A stretch of 62,739 bases of DNA from a virus (IMGVR_UViG_3300041935_000004:1-62739); one strand, 5' to 3'; counted from the stretch's first letter, positions 1 to 8,986 are shown. Numbers and translations: made by a program. Notes: generated by a model not told the origin, from the letters alone.

Positions 1-158
1 CGCGCTCCGCAGGTGCGGCAGCCGGGGCAGTTGCCCACGTGGGTTTCTTCGTAGATCAGGCGGACGCGCTGGGCTTCGGACTCGGGGAACACCGGGTTGT
101 CCTGGGAGTGGTAGACGGTTCCGCAGTGGCCGCAGCGCACGGTCAGGCTCCAGTCGTT
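1..158 (+). repeat. Terminal direct repeat, left copy (circular assembly overlap)
   Basis: Identical to 62582-62739 except T32 versus C62613. Confidence 0.97.
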
Positions 159-209
159 GCGCCAGACGATGTTGACGTGGTAGCGGCAGTCGATGGTCAC
201 AGCACCCAT
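1..209 (-). CDS. Small Cys-rich protein spanning the circular junction (stop at 62575-62577)
   Basis: Manual translation MGAVTIDCRYH...RCGHCG...CPGCRTCGARP*; its stop overlaps the GTG of the next gene; not in the ORF track. Confidence 0.7.
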   Translation of the reverse strand, partial: MGAVTIDCRYHVNIVWRNDWSLTVRCGHCGTVYHSQDNPVFPESEAQRVRLIYEETHVGNCPGCRTCGA

Positions 210-484
210 TCCGACTCACCGGTAACAACGGGTAGGGGGAGTAGTTCCATCTGGCCGGGCGTCCAGCTCTCCCATTCGCCTTTGTGGCGGGCGCATAGGT
301 TGGTGGAGACGTAGTCGGTGATGCGCCGCCACGTGGCGCGGGCGATGGTGCCGGCCCCACCGGCGTCGTGCGTGGCGATCAGGCAGTCGTCGCAGACGGG
401 TTTGCGGTTGGCGCCGAGTTTCACCCAGTCGACCCGGCCCTGCCAGAACAACGGATCGTTGCGCCGTGCAACCAAGCCGCTCAT
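197..484 (-). CDS. Hypothetical protein with Cys/His motifs
   Basis: ATGA-coupled to the upstream gene; CDDC and CARH motifs. Confidence 0.65.
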   Translation of the reverse strand: MSGLVARRNDPLFWQGRVDWVKLGANRKPVCDDCLIATHDAGGAGTIARATWRRITDYVSTNLCARHKGEWESWTPGQMELLPLPVVTGESEWVL

Positions 485-825
485 GAGGCCGCCACGTGCT
501 CGCACCAGGCCTCCACCAGCTTGACGCCGTAGAAGCCGCTGGTGGTCATGTACCAGTCGAATGGATGCCCTTTACCGGGGCGCTTGTGCCACACCACCCC
601 GAGGTCCATACCGGCGTGCACGGTCTGGACGGCCACATCATCGACCCAGGAAGCCAGGGCCAGAGCCTTGTGGTTCTTCACCGACTGGACCAGCGGCATC
701 CCCACCAGGTCACCGATGTCCTGCGTGGCCCCGGCCCTCGGCCGCATCACCGGGCGGCCCCGCTCGTTCCACAGAACTTCAATGGCCCGTTCGGCGGTAT
801 AACCCTTCTTGCTGTTGTAGCTCAC
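481..825 (-). CDS. Holliday junction resolvase-like PD-(D/E)XK nuclease
   Basis: KKGYTAE...GATQDIGDL...VKN...VVWHKRPGKG pattern typical of actinophage resolvases; GTG start at 825 inferred. Confidence 0.7.
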   Translation of the reverse strand: MSYNSKKGYTAERAIEVLWNERGRPVMRPRAGATQDIGDLVGMPLVQSVKNHKALALASWVDDVAVQTVHAGMDLGVVWHKRPGKGHPFDWYMTTSGFYGVKLVEAWCEHVAAS

Positions 826-857
826 AATTCCCCCCGGAATATCAGCCCGATTGTTTT

Positions 858-1223
858 CTAGAACGGTGGCTGTATTGGCGTGGTGGAAATTGGAGGTGAC
901 TTCGCAATAGGGCGGGTCTTGTTCTTCCGCCAATGCTGGGGATCGCCCACATCAACAATCCGGCACGGATGCTCAAGAACGACCGGATAATTCCGGTTCC
1001 GCATCCGGCGCCAATCGCGGTAGACCAATTCGGTCCTATTCGCTATTCGCACCAGATCGTATGAGGGGATTCCCCTTATCAATGCCGCCAGCTCCGTCAT
1101 CGAATCCACAATTGCTGGATCGACCGAAACCGGCAGACCTTCCGACAGCGCCGCCAGGACGGTGACCCCACACGGACAGGGCCGACGGCTGACCGGCGAG
1201 CTGATCATATACACGTTCCCCAT
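858..1223 (-). CDS. Hypothetical protein (CPCG, VDP motifs)
   Basis: ORF in operon orientation downstream of primase; start uncertain. Confidence 0.55.
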   Translation of the reverse strand: MGNVYMISSPVSRRPCPCGVTVLAALSEGLPVSVDPAIVDSMTELAALIRGIPSYDLVRIANRTELVYRDWRRMRNRNYPVVLEHPCRIVDVGDPQHWRKNKTRPIAKSPPISTTPIQPPF

Positions 1224-1309
1224 CGGTCTCCGATCAGCGACACGCCCCGAGTTTCGGAACAAGTAGTTAGTTGCACGTACCAACCGCCTTCCGCGCGGAC
1301 ACTGCGGTC

Positions 1310-1350
1310 TGTGAATGAAACCCCCCCTTCTTTCAGGGGGGGTTTTCACA
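1310..1350. other. C7/G7 inverted repeat; terminator or origin-associated hairpin
   Basis: GAAACCCCCCC-TTCTTTCA-GGGGGGGTTTTC in an AT-richer gap after the primase-helicase. Confidence 0.5.
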
Positions 1351-1426
1351 TATCGCAGAGCCGTGTGTGCGGGGCGCCCTGCGGAACGCTAAAATAAATG
1401 GGGTTTTACGTAGTGCAGAGCGGCGT

Positions 1427-3469
1427 TCATGTCCTTTGGGTCATCCGCAGGTCCAGCGCCTTGCCCAGGTAGTTGCGGTTGAAGCTGATCCCGGCAGCGC
1501 GTAGCAGCCGCTCCGCCTCGCGCCACCCCGTCCCCAGCGGCACGTTCGCGGCATCAAGCTTTTTCACCACCTCATTCAACTTGAGGCCATCGGAGGTCCG
1601 GGGCCGGCCAGGCGGTCGCTTCGGCTCTTCGTCATCACCACCATTCTTTTGCTGCATCACGTATTGTTTGTATTCCTGCATCTCGTCGTCGGTGGCGACG
1701 TCGTGGCGGAGGGGATCGTCGCGCCGGATAAAAAGAATCTCGTCCGGTGAATCGTCGTCACGCAATTCACCCAGCAGTTTGATGTAGGGGCCGTTCTTGA
1801 CCAGGCCATAGGCGCCGTCACCGATAGCGGATTTCGCGCTGGAGCCCCGTTGTCCTTTTGTGGGATCCTTCCCCGCGTGGTCGAGACGAATGATCGCGAC
1901 GCCTTCACGGGTGAGCGGCTGGAGCGCGTAGGCGTCCATGCGGTTGATCGTCGTGGCGGAGTCTTCCTCGCCTTCAATGAACTTGGAGACGGTGTCGATG
2001 ATGACCAGCTCCGCGCCGCAGCGCTTGACGGCCTCCACGAACAGCGCCCCGCCCTCCTTCGTGTCGAGCAGGCCGAGGCCGGGGTTGCGGTAGTAGTGGA
2101 GGTAGGGCAGGAAGTCTTCGGGCTTGTAACCCATCTTGCGTAGCCGCTTGACCAGGGTCCGGGTCGGGTTCTCCTTGTCGAAGTAGGCGATGTGCTTGGG
2201 CGCTCGCGCTCTCGTGGCCCCGGGTGGGGTGCGCCCGGAGCACAGCGCCGCGACGGCTTCCAGCACGATCAGCGACTTACCGGCTTTCGCCTTGCTGAAC
2301 AGCGCGATCGATCCTTCGCGCTGGATGAACGGTTCCCACACCCACAGCGGTTCGTCGTCCACGTGCTCGAACCAGTACCGGAAGTCAAATTCCGGGCACA
2401 TGGTCTCCAGCGCCGCATCCAACGCCGGGTTCTGCGTATGGGCCGGCGGGATCCAGGCGTCGGGGTCGGCATCCACGGCCCGCAACCGCGCTTCCAGGGT
2501 GGGCGGGGCCGCCTCCTGCGCCGCCAGGGCCAGCGCGCCCAGCGTGGACGTGCTGTATCCCTCGATCGGGCCGATCTCCAGGCCCTTGCGGTGTTTACCC
2601 CAGGACAGGTTGACCATGGCGTCGACCCGGCCGATGTACTTCGTGTACTGGATGAAGTCGCACCACTCGGCCATCAACGTGACGGCCTGGCCCTCGGTGT
2701 AGCCGGCCTCTTTCAGCTCCAGCACGATGTAGTGGAACCGCTTGGACCGGTAAGGCCAGACTTCTTCCTCGCCGAGAAGCAGTTGCAGCTTGCGCGGCAG
2801 CGTGTCCCGGTCGACGTCCTCAGGCTGGGCGTAGACGCCGGTGCCCCGTGCCGGTGCGGCGGCCGTGCCTTCCGGTGCTCGCACCTTCTCCAGCAGCCAA
2901 TCAGGGGCCAGGCCGGGCCGGTTGTTCTCATCGTCCCACGTCGCGTACGGGCCTTTGACCGACACCGACGGCGGGGCGATCACCATCCCGCCTTCACCCC
3001 GGATGTCGACGCCCGGGTACCCCTTGAACGGGCCGGACGCCACCACCACGCCGGGCGGCAACTTGAAGACGATCTGGAAGTTGTCCTTCCCGCCGGTCTT
3101 GTGCCGACGCATCGGCTGCCAGACCTGGCCTTCGCCCTCGGCGCACAGGCGCTCCCAGGATTCCCGCCCCCCGGGCTTGTCCAAGTCCAGATCAAGCACC
3201 CAGATCCGGGAGATGGTGCCGGTGACGATGCCGACGTTGGCGTCCGGGTATTCCTCCCAATACGCCTCAACGTCGGCCAGCGACGTGGCTGGTTGCTTCG
3301 TCCACGCCGAGATGACCGGGTGCTTACCGCCCGACTCGCACAGCGGGCCTTTCCGGCACGTGCAGAATCTCCGGCCGTCGGCGGTGAGGGTGGTCCCGTA
3401 GGCCGGGATGACAGCCATGCCGAACCACTTCACGTACTGCTGCGCGGCGAGTTTGCATCCTTCGGTCAC
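1427..3469 (-). CDS. Bifunctional primase-polymerase (Prim-Pol) fused to AAA/RepA-like helicase
   Basis: CTC...GKHP, NVGIVTG, VLDLD, DIRGEGGMVIAPPS; Walker A SKAKAGKS, Walker B VIIDT, HAGK...RGSSA; start may extend to 3589. Confidence 0.92.
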   Translation of the reverse strand: MTEGCKLAAQQYVKWFGMAVIPAYGTTLTADGRRFCTCRKGPLCESGGKHPVISAWTKQPATSLADVEAYWEEYPDANVGIVTGTISRIWVLDLDLDKPGGRESWERLCAEGEGQVWQPMRRHKTGGKDNFQIVFKLPPGVVVASGPFKGYPGVDIRGEGGMVIAPPSVSVKGPYATWDDENNRPGLAPDWLLEKVRAPEGTAAAPARGTGVYAQPEDVDRDTLPRKLQLLLGEEEVWPYRSKRFHYIVLELKEAGYTEGQAVTLMAEWCDFIQYTKYIGRVDAMVNLSWGKHRKGLEIGPIEGYSTSTLGALALAAQEAAPPTLEARLRAVDADPDAWIPPAHTQNPALDAALETMCPEFDFRYWFEHVDDEPLWVWEPFIQREGSIALFSKAKAGKSLIVLEAVAALCSGRTPPGATRARAPKHIAYFDKENPTRTLVKRLRKMGYKPEDFLPYLHYYRNPGLGLLDTKEGGALFVEAVKRCGAELVIIDTVSKFIEGEEDSATTINRMDAYALQPLTREGVAIIRLDHAGKDPTKGQRGSSAKSAIGDGAYGLVKNGPYIKLLGELRDDDSPDEILFIRRDDPLRHDVATDDEMQEYKQYVMQQKNGGDDEEPKRPPGRPRTSDGLKLNEVVKKLDAANVPLGTGWREAERLLRAAGISFNRNYLGKALDLRMTQRT

Positions 3470-3504
3470 AGCATCACCCCCCGTCGAATCGGTCGAAACT
3501 CCAG

Positions 3505-3599
3505 TGCCCTGCCGGGTGTCGAACCCGGGCGCCGCGTACCCCCGGTGAAAGAAGGAGGGGCGTGGCCGGAAGCCACTGCGGTCGCGCACCTGCCAGGGC
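3505..3599 (-). ncRNA. tRNA-like structured element 1
   Basis: Minus strand GCCCUG...CCGGG-UUCGACA-CCCGG-CAGGGC-A: 5-bp T-arm plus 6-bp acceptor-type stem, atypical interior. Confidence 0.55.
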
Positions 3600-3612
3600 G
3601 TTCAGGTGGGCG

Positions 3613-3870
3613 CTACCGGCCGCTCACGGCCACACCCGAGGCGTCATCACCGTCGGTACTGCGCGCCGGATGGTCCCCAGCCAGCTGCAACCGGTTGGCG
3701 CACGACTCGCACAGCCGCAGCCACGGGATACCGGCGATGTGGCTGACCACCTTGTCGGTCTTCCAGCCGGCCACCGTGCCCCATTGGCGTTCACCCCGGA
3801 TGTTGGGGCACCCGTGGGCGTGGATGATGTGGCTGGACCCCTGGTGCGCCGACCGGTACCAGGCGCTCAC
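3613..3870 (-). CDS. Hypothetical protein (HxHxC, CESC)
   Basis: Overlap-coupled ORF. Confidence 0.6.
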   Translation of the reverse strand: MSAWYRSAHQGSSHIIHAHGCPNIRGERQWGTVAGWKTDKVVSHIAGIPWLRLCESCANRLQLAGDHPARSTDGDDASGVAVSGR

Positions 3871-4523
3871 TGGGGCACCGTGATCTCGCCCCGGGCGATC
3901 ATCGCCTGCATCGCCGCGATCGCCTCCGGGCTGAACGCCTGCGACGCCCCGTTGGCCAGGGAAGCCGCGGCGGCGGCAGGCTGGGGGGCGACCCCCGGCA
4001 TGGACGCGTACTGCGGCGCGGGGGCCTGCGCCGGCTGCTGGTACTGCGGCTGCTGCTGGTAGGCGGGCGTGACCCCGGGTGGTGCCACGGCCGCGTTGAG
4101 CCGCCCCGGCTGGGTCTGCGCCGCCCGCCCGGCGAGGGCCTCACGGTTGGCCGGCTGCCACACGTTCATGAAGAACGCCGCATCTTCGGGCTGGTGATCG
4201 TCCAGCAGGAACGGCGCGGACTGGCCGGGCTTGGCGTCGCCCAGGACGATCCGGCCCATGATGCTGTTGGTCTGGCCGGTCAGCTTGTTGACGACACCGG
4301 GCTTGTCGACCAGCGCCCCCCACTGGATACGTCCGCCCTCACCGTCGTCCAGGTCCACGAAGTCGACGGTCGCGACCTTGCGGGTCTTGCCCGGGTTCAT
4401 GGTGTCGGGCTGTTCCTCGATGCTGTGGGTACCCAGGAAGACGACGCGGTGGCCGATCATCTCCTTCAACTTGAGGAAATTGCCCTTCGGTGGCTGGCTC
4501 AGAATGATGTCGGTGTAACCCAT
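3867..4523 (-). CDS. Probable ssDNA-binding protein
   Basis: Beta-rich N-terminus, Q/P/A-rich tail, position between exonuclease and primase (inference). Confidence 0.55.
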   Translation of the reverse strand: MGYTDIILSQPPKGNFLKLKEMIGHRVVFLGTHSIEEQPDTMNPGKTRKVATVDFVDLDDGEGGRIQWGALVDKPGVVNKLTGQTNSIMGRIVLGDAKPGQSAPFLLDDHQPEDAAFFMNVWQPANREALAGRAAQTQPGRLNAAVAPPGVTPAYQQQPQYQQPAQAPAPQYASMPGVAPQPAAAAASLANGASQAFSPEAIAAMQAMIARGEITVPQ

Positions 4524-4593
4524 TACTCCCCCACTAGTCCCTTGTGGACAGTCAATTTCGAGACCCCTGCGAAATTTTTGAACCGGTTCCCTT

Positions 4594-4776
4594 CTAGCCG
4601 TCCCCGGCGCCGGGATGAACTTCCGACCATTCGACCCGCCAGCAGTCCCAGCAGCGCGGCCACACCCGCTGTTCGGCGTCGACCTTGCTCCACACCACCG
4701 GGTCGTTCTTGCAGATCGGGACCCCGCAGTGCGGGCACGCGAAGGTGAACTTCGCCGGTTCCACGTCGATCTTCAC
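4594..4776 (-). CDS. Small zinc-finger protein
   Basis: CPHC...CWDC; GTGA coupling. Confidence 0.6.
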   Translation of the reverse strand: MKIDVEPAKFTFACPHCGVPICKNDPVVWSKVDAEQRVWPRCWDCWRVEWSEVHPGAGDG

Positions 4777-4967
4777 AACGCCCCCACCCCTGGGACGTGG
4801 CCGCGCGCCCAGTCGATGACCTCGTGCAGATCCATCTCGTCGGCGATCGCGGTATGTCCCCCGCAGCCGCCGCATTCCACATAGAACCCGGGCCACTGGC
4901 CGACGCTCTTGACGTAGACCATGTCCACGACCAGGTCCAGATCCTCGGGCAGCCCGGCGATACTCAC
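4773..4967 (-). CDS. Hypothetical protein (CGGC)
   Basis: Overlap-coupled ORF. Confidence 0.6.
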   Translation of the reverse strand: MSIAGLPEDLDLVVDMVYVKSVGQWPGFYVECGGCGGHTAIADEMDLHEVIDWARGHVPGVGAL

Positions 4968-5191
4968 GCCTCCGCCTCGCCCACGCCCTGATAGGACGCG
5001 TCGAGCTCCCGGTAGGCCGCCGCCAGCTGCTTGAGATCCCCCGGCAGCCGGTTGAACTCCCCGACGAACCAGTGGAAGTCACACGGGATACCCGAGGCTG
5101 CTTCGATCGCGCAGGAACACGGGACTTCTTCGGCGAAGAAGTTGTCCAGTGCGGCGACGAACCGGATCACCGACGGCGGATGCACGCTCAC
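4964..5191 (-). CDS. Hypothetical protein
   Basis: GTG start coupled to upstream stop; CSC...CDFH. Confidence 0.55.
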   Translation of the reverse strand: MSVHPPSVIRFVAALDNFFAEEVPCSCAIEAASGIPCDFHWFVGEFNRLPGDLKQLAAAYRELDASYQGVGEAEA

Positions 5192-5370
5192 CGGAACTCC
5201 ACCCGCAGATGCCCGTCGCCACCGACGGGCGTCAGGTGCAGCTCGTCGTAGCCGTCCAGCACCGCCACCGCGTGACCCAAATGGGCCTCGTCCACGAACA
5301 GGTGCCGGCCTTCGGCTTCGGCCTGGTCGAACATGGCGCGGAGCACCACCACCGGCATGTCCATCATCAT
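5188..5370 (-). CDS. Hypothetical protein
   Basis: Overlap-coupled ORF. Confidence 0.55.
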   Translation of the reverse strand: MMMDMPVVVLRAMFDQAEAEGRHLFVDEAHLGHAVAVLDGYDELHLTPVGGDGHLRVEFR

Positions 5371-5570
5371 TATTCGCCGTCCTTTCCGACTGCCCCGATG
5401 GCTTCCCATCGGTGGATCTCGTCCGGGCTGAAACCCGCCTCGCCGTCGTTCTCCACGCTGGCCGCGACCAGCGCCAGCACGGCGTGGGTGAGGGCGTAGA
5501 GCGCCCCGTAGACGTGCGCGTCCATCTCCAGCACACGCTGCGCCTCGGTGTAGTGCTCCGGTCCGTTCAT
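5370..5570 (-). CDS. Hypothetical phage protein (MNGPEHYTEA...)
   Basis: Strong GGAGG RBS; ends in a helical hydrophobic segment. Confidence 0.7.
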   Translation of the reverse strand: MNGPEHYTEAQRVLEMDAHVYGALYALTHAVLALVAASVENDGEAGFSPDEIHRWEAIGAVGKDGE

Positions 5571-5594
5571 TGCGCCTCCGCTAGGATGTGGGCA

Positions 5595-5735
5595 GGTCGG
5601 TGCGAAGCCGTATGGGCGGGACGGTGTGAACGCGACGGGAGTCGACGCCACGCAGTCGCTGAAAGGCCAAGCGTGAACAGGACAACCTGAAGCGCGGCGA
5701 TGCTTGCCGGGGGTTCGACTCCCCTCCACCGACTC
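5595..5735 (+). ncRNA. tRNA-like structured element 2 (antisense to the operon)
   Basis: GGUCGGUG (5595-5602) pairs with CACCGACU (5727-5734); T-arm GGGGG-UUCGACU-CCCCU (5709-5725); fills the intergenic gap. Confidence 0.55.
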
Positions 5736-5943
5736 ACAGCAACTCCCCCGGGTCGATCGGTTCGGTTTTGACCAGCCCGTACCAGGTGGGCGGGCCGAAC
5801 ACCTCGTGGATCTGCTCCACCGTCCAGTCGTCGTTCCCGCCGACCAGCACGTACAGGTCCGGGCCGGGGGCGTAGTCGTAGGCGCAGATGAACCAGCGAT
5901 CACCGGCCGCGCAGATCAGCGGCACCGCGAGAGTGGGTATCAC
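5734..5943 (-). CDS. Hypothetical protein
   Basis: GTGA coupling to the exonuclease stop. Confidence 0.55.
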   Translation of the reverse strand: MIPTLAVPLICAAGDRWFICAYDYAPGPDLYVLVGGNDDWTVEQIHEVFGPPTWYGLVKTEPIDPGELL

Positions 5944-6701
5944 GCCTCCCCCTTGAATCCGGGGCAGCCCAGCTCCGGATGGTTCACGGCCACGACCGGT
6001 GCGTACCACGGGCACCAGCTGCACGGGCCGTCGGCCATGGCCAGGGCGTTGAACATCTGCGGCTGCGCGGTGAGGATCGGCGCCATGTCCACCAGGCCGT
6101 ACCAGCGCTGGAACGCTTCCTCCACGACGTTCACGTCGTAGGGCTCCACCCACACGTGGACGTCGCGCAGGAACCCTGAGCGGGGCCAGCCGGCAATCGC
6201 CACGTGCGTGACGTCCATGCCTTGGCGCCAGCACCCGAACCCGTAGGCGTGGACCTGTACCCGGTACTGCGGCTTGGCGCCGTGCCGCTTGAGGGAATCC
6301 AGGCTGGCCTTGCCCAGCACCTTGTGGTCGATGACCACGAACCCGACCCCGTCCATGGGGTGGCGCAGCAGGTCGAACGTGCCGTAGAGGTTCGGGCCGA
6401 TCTCCATGGTGGTGCCCAGTGACCATTTACCCGGGTCACCTTCGAACGCCTTGGTCAGCGGCCCGTCGTGGCAGGCCGATCCCACCGTGGCCGGCCACGG
6501 GTCGCCGGGTGCGCCCAGCGGCGGGGCACCGGTGGCGTGGTAGCCGAGGTTGCGCGTGCACGGGTGCCCGAGCCCGGACGCGCCCATGCTGCGCTGCTTG
6601 GACCGGGGCCGGTCGGCCTCGGATGCCCGGACCGCGGTCTTCAGTTCCTTGGCCAGACGATCGGCCAGCGTCCCGGGCTGAGAGAGCGTGATCTCACTCA
6701 T
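5940..6701 (-). CDS. Cas4-like PD-(D/E)XK exonuclease
   Basis: ASGLGHPC, GTFD, IDHK, QVHAY, CSWC...C (1+3 Cys layout). Confidence 0.88.
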   Translation of the reverse strand: MSEITLSQPGTLADRLAKELKTAVRASEADRPRSKQRSMGASGLGHPCTRNLGYHATGAPPLGAPGDPWPATVGSACHDGPLTKAFEGDPGKWSLGTTMEIGPNLYGTFDLLRHPMDGVGFVVIDHKVLGKASLDSLKRHGAKPQYRVQVHAYGFGCWRQGMDVTHVAIAGWPRSGFLRDVHVWVEPYDVNVVEEAFQRWYGLVDMAPILTAQPQMFNALAMADGPCSWCPWYAPVVAVNHPELGCPGFKGEA

Positions 6702-6918
6702 TGCCCTCACCCCGGACCGAGTCGATCATCGCGTCGGTGAAGACCTCCGCCATCCGCCGGTAGCCGACGTTGGCGCTGACGGCCAGGGTGTGGGCCAGGC
6801 CGTTGTTGCGGCAGGTCGCGACTTTCATCCAGTCGACGGTGTGCCCGTTGGCATCCAGGATCCGCATCAGGATGTCGTCGCCTTCGCTGCGGTACTGGTC
6901 CTTGTGGTCGTCGGTCAT
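6694..6918 (-). CDS. Hypothetical protein
   Basis: Operon-coupled ORF. Confidence 0.6.
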   Translation of the reverse strand: MTDDHKDQYRSEGDDILMRILDANGHTVDWMKVATCRNNGLAHTLAVSANVGYRRMAEVFTDAMIDSVRGEGNE

Positions 6919-7208
6919 AGCCCCACCCGTTCACGCATCTGGTCGAAGGTCGCCAGCCGCGTCTTCAGCTCAGCCAGGTACCTCTCCGTGGCGGCCTGAC
7001 GCGCCACCCAGTCGACGGCCCGGGCATCGGCCTGGGACTGGGCGGTGGCCCGTTCAGCGTCCAGCGCTTCGTTGGCGTAGTCGACCAGGACGGTCGCCCA
7101 GCCGGACGCGGTCGTGGACCCCACGAAAACGTCGTCCTTCTCGGGGTCCTCGCCGGTCTGCAGGTAGATGGTGTGCCCGTTGTGGCGGCCGGTGCGGAAA
7201 CGCATCAT
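6915..7208 (-). CDS. Hypothetical protein (RTGRHNGHTIY)
   Basis: Operon-coupled ORF. Confidence 0.65.
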   Translation of the reverse strand: MMRFRTGRHNGHTIYLQTGEDPEKDDVFVGSTTASGWATVLVDYANEALDAERATAQSQADARAVDWVARQAATERYLAELKTRLATFDQMRERVGL

Positions 7209-7522
7209 GAGCTGGCCCCGTCCACGCGGATGCTCTCCGGCCCGACGTTCAGCGTCGTCTCCCACCGGGCCAGCTTCGCGACCTGCGCCAGCCCGGCGAG
7301 GGTGGCGCGGATGATCGCGGTGTAGTCGGCCGGTACCGCGTCGTGGCACGGAATGGTGACGGTGATCTCCCGGGGCCGGGTCACCAGCGGGTCCCCACCG
7401 ATGAAACTGGCGGTGACGTAGATGCTCGGGGTGACCTGCCCGAGTTCGGCTTCCGGGAAGTCACCGGCCACCTGGTCGACCTGGGCCAGCCCCGGCCCGA
7501 AGTCGTGCCCGGGGGCGTTCAC
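7205..7522 (-). CDS. Hypothetical protein
   Basis: GTGA coupling. Confidence 0.55.
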   Translation of the reverse strand: MNAPGHDFGPGLAQVDQVAGDFPEAELGQVTPSIYVTASFIGGDPLVTRPREITVTIPCHDAVPADYTAIIRATLAGLAQVAKLARWETTLNVGPESIRVDGASS

Positions 7523-7854
7523 GTCTCGTCCTCGGTGACCAGCGTGAAACGCCGCACGAACGAGGTGGTCACGAACTGGTTCCACACTTCGGGGCTGTTC
7601 TTCTTCAGCGCCTTCTGGTCCAGCGAGTGCCGTACGTGCTTGGTCCAGCGCACCACCGGGCGGCCGTTGACCGTCGCGGTTTCCGCGTCGCCCATCTCGT
7701 CTTGAATGCTGGCTTTGATCTCGTCGTGCTCGGTGGCCAGCTCCGCGATCTTCGACCCGATCCACGCCATCCGGGCGAGCCGATCGTTGAGGTGGTCCAG
7801 CGCGATCGTCGGTGTGAGCGCGACGTCGATGTCGTCGGTGTCCACGGCGGTCAC
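7519..7854 (-). CDS. Coiled-coil protein resembling the C-terminal part of YqaJ-type recombination nucleases
   Basis: MGDAETATVNG...W...LDQKALKK...FV...RRF pattern. Confidence 0.6.
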   Translation of the reverse strand: MTAVDTDDIDVALTPTIALDHLNDRLARMAWIGSKIAELATEHDEIKASIQDEMGDAETATVNGRPVVRWTKHVRHSLDQKALKKNSPEVWNQFVTTSFVRRFTLVTEDET

Positions 7855-8483
7855 GCGAACGTCAGGTCGAACGGGGCTGCGAAGTTCAGCGCCTGGACCG
7901 GGTCGATCAGCGGGGCCTCCACGAACCACTTCATCGTGGTGTCGCTGATCGTGGGGAAGGTCGAGTTGTACAGGGCGACCTGCGTGGTCCACGTCGCCGG
8001 GGCGTCGGACGGCTCCGCCCTCGGTTCCTGGCCGGGGCCGGGGTGGGCGTCGATGGCCGCGTCGATGTCGGCGTCGGTGACCGACAGCAGCATCGCCAGG
8101 GCCTGCGCCCCGTCGGTGCATTCCGAGTCGTTCCACCGGGTGATCCAGGAGTCGTAGACGTTGATCGCCCAGCCGGTGACGGCGCAGATGCGCCGGGCGA
8201 GCGCACCCTTCGTGCGGATCAGCAGCAGCTGCGTCAGCTCGGGCAGGGCGCTGACGTGGATGGGGACCTCGGGCTGGCCGGCGATGGTCCGGTTGATCGC
8301 CCCGGCAAGGCAGAAGTGGTTGTCGAAGGTCTGCCATTCGCCGCGGACCCAGCCGTGTTCGGTCAGGAGCGTCGCAGCGTCGGCCAGGGCGGCCCGGACG
8401 GCGGCACGTGGCCCGGTCGCGCGGCCGGTCGCCTCGGCGGGAATGTTGACGACGGGGACGGGAGGTATGGCGGGTTGGGACAT
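7851..8483 (-). CDS. Conserved actinobacterial hypothetical protein (DUF6197-like)
   Basis: L..HGWVRG...FCLAGAI...ITRWND. Confidence 0.55.
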   Translation of the reverse strand: MSQPAIPPVPVVNIPAEATGRATGPRAAVRAALADAATLLTEHGWVRGEWQTFDNHFCLAGAINRTIAGQPEVPIHVSALPELTQLLLIRTKGALARRICAVTGWAINVYDSWITRWNDSECTDGAQALAMLLSVTDADIDAAIDAHPGPGQEPRAEPSDAPATWTTQVALYNSTFPTISDTTMKWFVEAPLIDPVQALNFAAPFDLTFA

Positions 8484-8575
8484 GGTTCTACTCCGGTGGT
8501 GTGGTGTGGCCCGAGTGGCCAAAATGGACAGTCGGGTACGCGAAAAACCGAGAAATTTTCTGGACGGGGACCGAC

Positions 8576-8650
8576 CCTGGGAAGTGCCCCCCGAGAGGGA
8601 CGCGTCGGCTCGCCCACTCCCGCCGACGCGCCCCTCAACGGGCGCCCCAG
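8576..8650. other. Long imperfect intergenic hairpin
   Basis: CGCGTCGGC / GCCGACGCG core extended by GAGAGGG/CCCCTC and CTGGG/CCCAG. Confidence 0.55.
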
Positions 8651-8659
8651 CGGGAACGC

Positions 8660-8866
8660 TCAGCCAGCCAGCAGACTCTGGGCGATGAGCGCTTCGACCG
8701 ATTCGGCGGTCACCCGAACCGTCTGGGTACTGAGTGCGACCCGCACCAGCCGGCCGGCGTCGGCGTAGCTGCGGACGGTGCGGGGGTCGATCCGCAGCTG
8801 CTCCGCCGCTTCGCTGTAGGTCAGCAGCTGCGTCTGTGGTCGGACCTCGGGCACGGTGGTGCGCAT
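8660..8866 (-). CDS. Excisionase/MerR-type helix-turn-helix DNA-binding protein
   Basis: LLTYSEAAEQLRIDPRTVRSYADAGRL. Confidence 0.85.
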   Translation of the reverse strand: MRTTVPEVRPQTQLLTYSEAAEQLRIDPRTVRSYADAGRLVRVALSTQTVRVTAESVEALIAQSLLAG

Positions 8867-8955
8867 GCGTAGCCCCCCCGAGCTAACGATGATCGTTACC
8901 TGAACTCCGGCCTCGCGTCGCTGGTCAGCGGTGGTGCGCCCGGCCGAATGGGATG

Positions 8956-8986
8956 AACCTACACAGACGCGACGAACAGATGTCAA
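8956..8986 (-). promoter_or_regulatory. Leftward sigma70-type promoter for the replication operon
   Basis: TTGACA-19 nt-TAGGTT on the minus strand in a divergent gap. Confidence 0.55.

Noticed and set aside
2192-3883. 563-aa plus-strand ORF and similar long antisense ORFs (e.g. 30181-32019, 24766-26091, 44115-45446)
   Set aside because: They overlap well-supported minus-strand genes; expected from high-GC codon bias
5940-6701. Cas4 as evidence of a CRISPR-Cas system
   Set aside because: Solo Cas4-like nucleases are common phage recombination proteins; no cas1/cas2 or array
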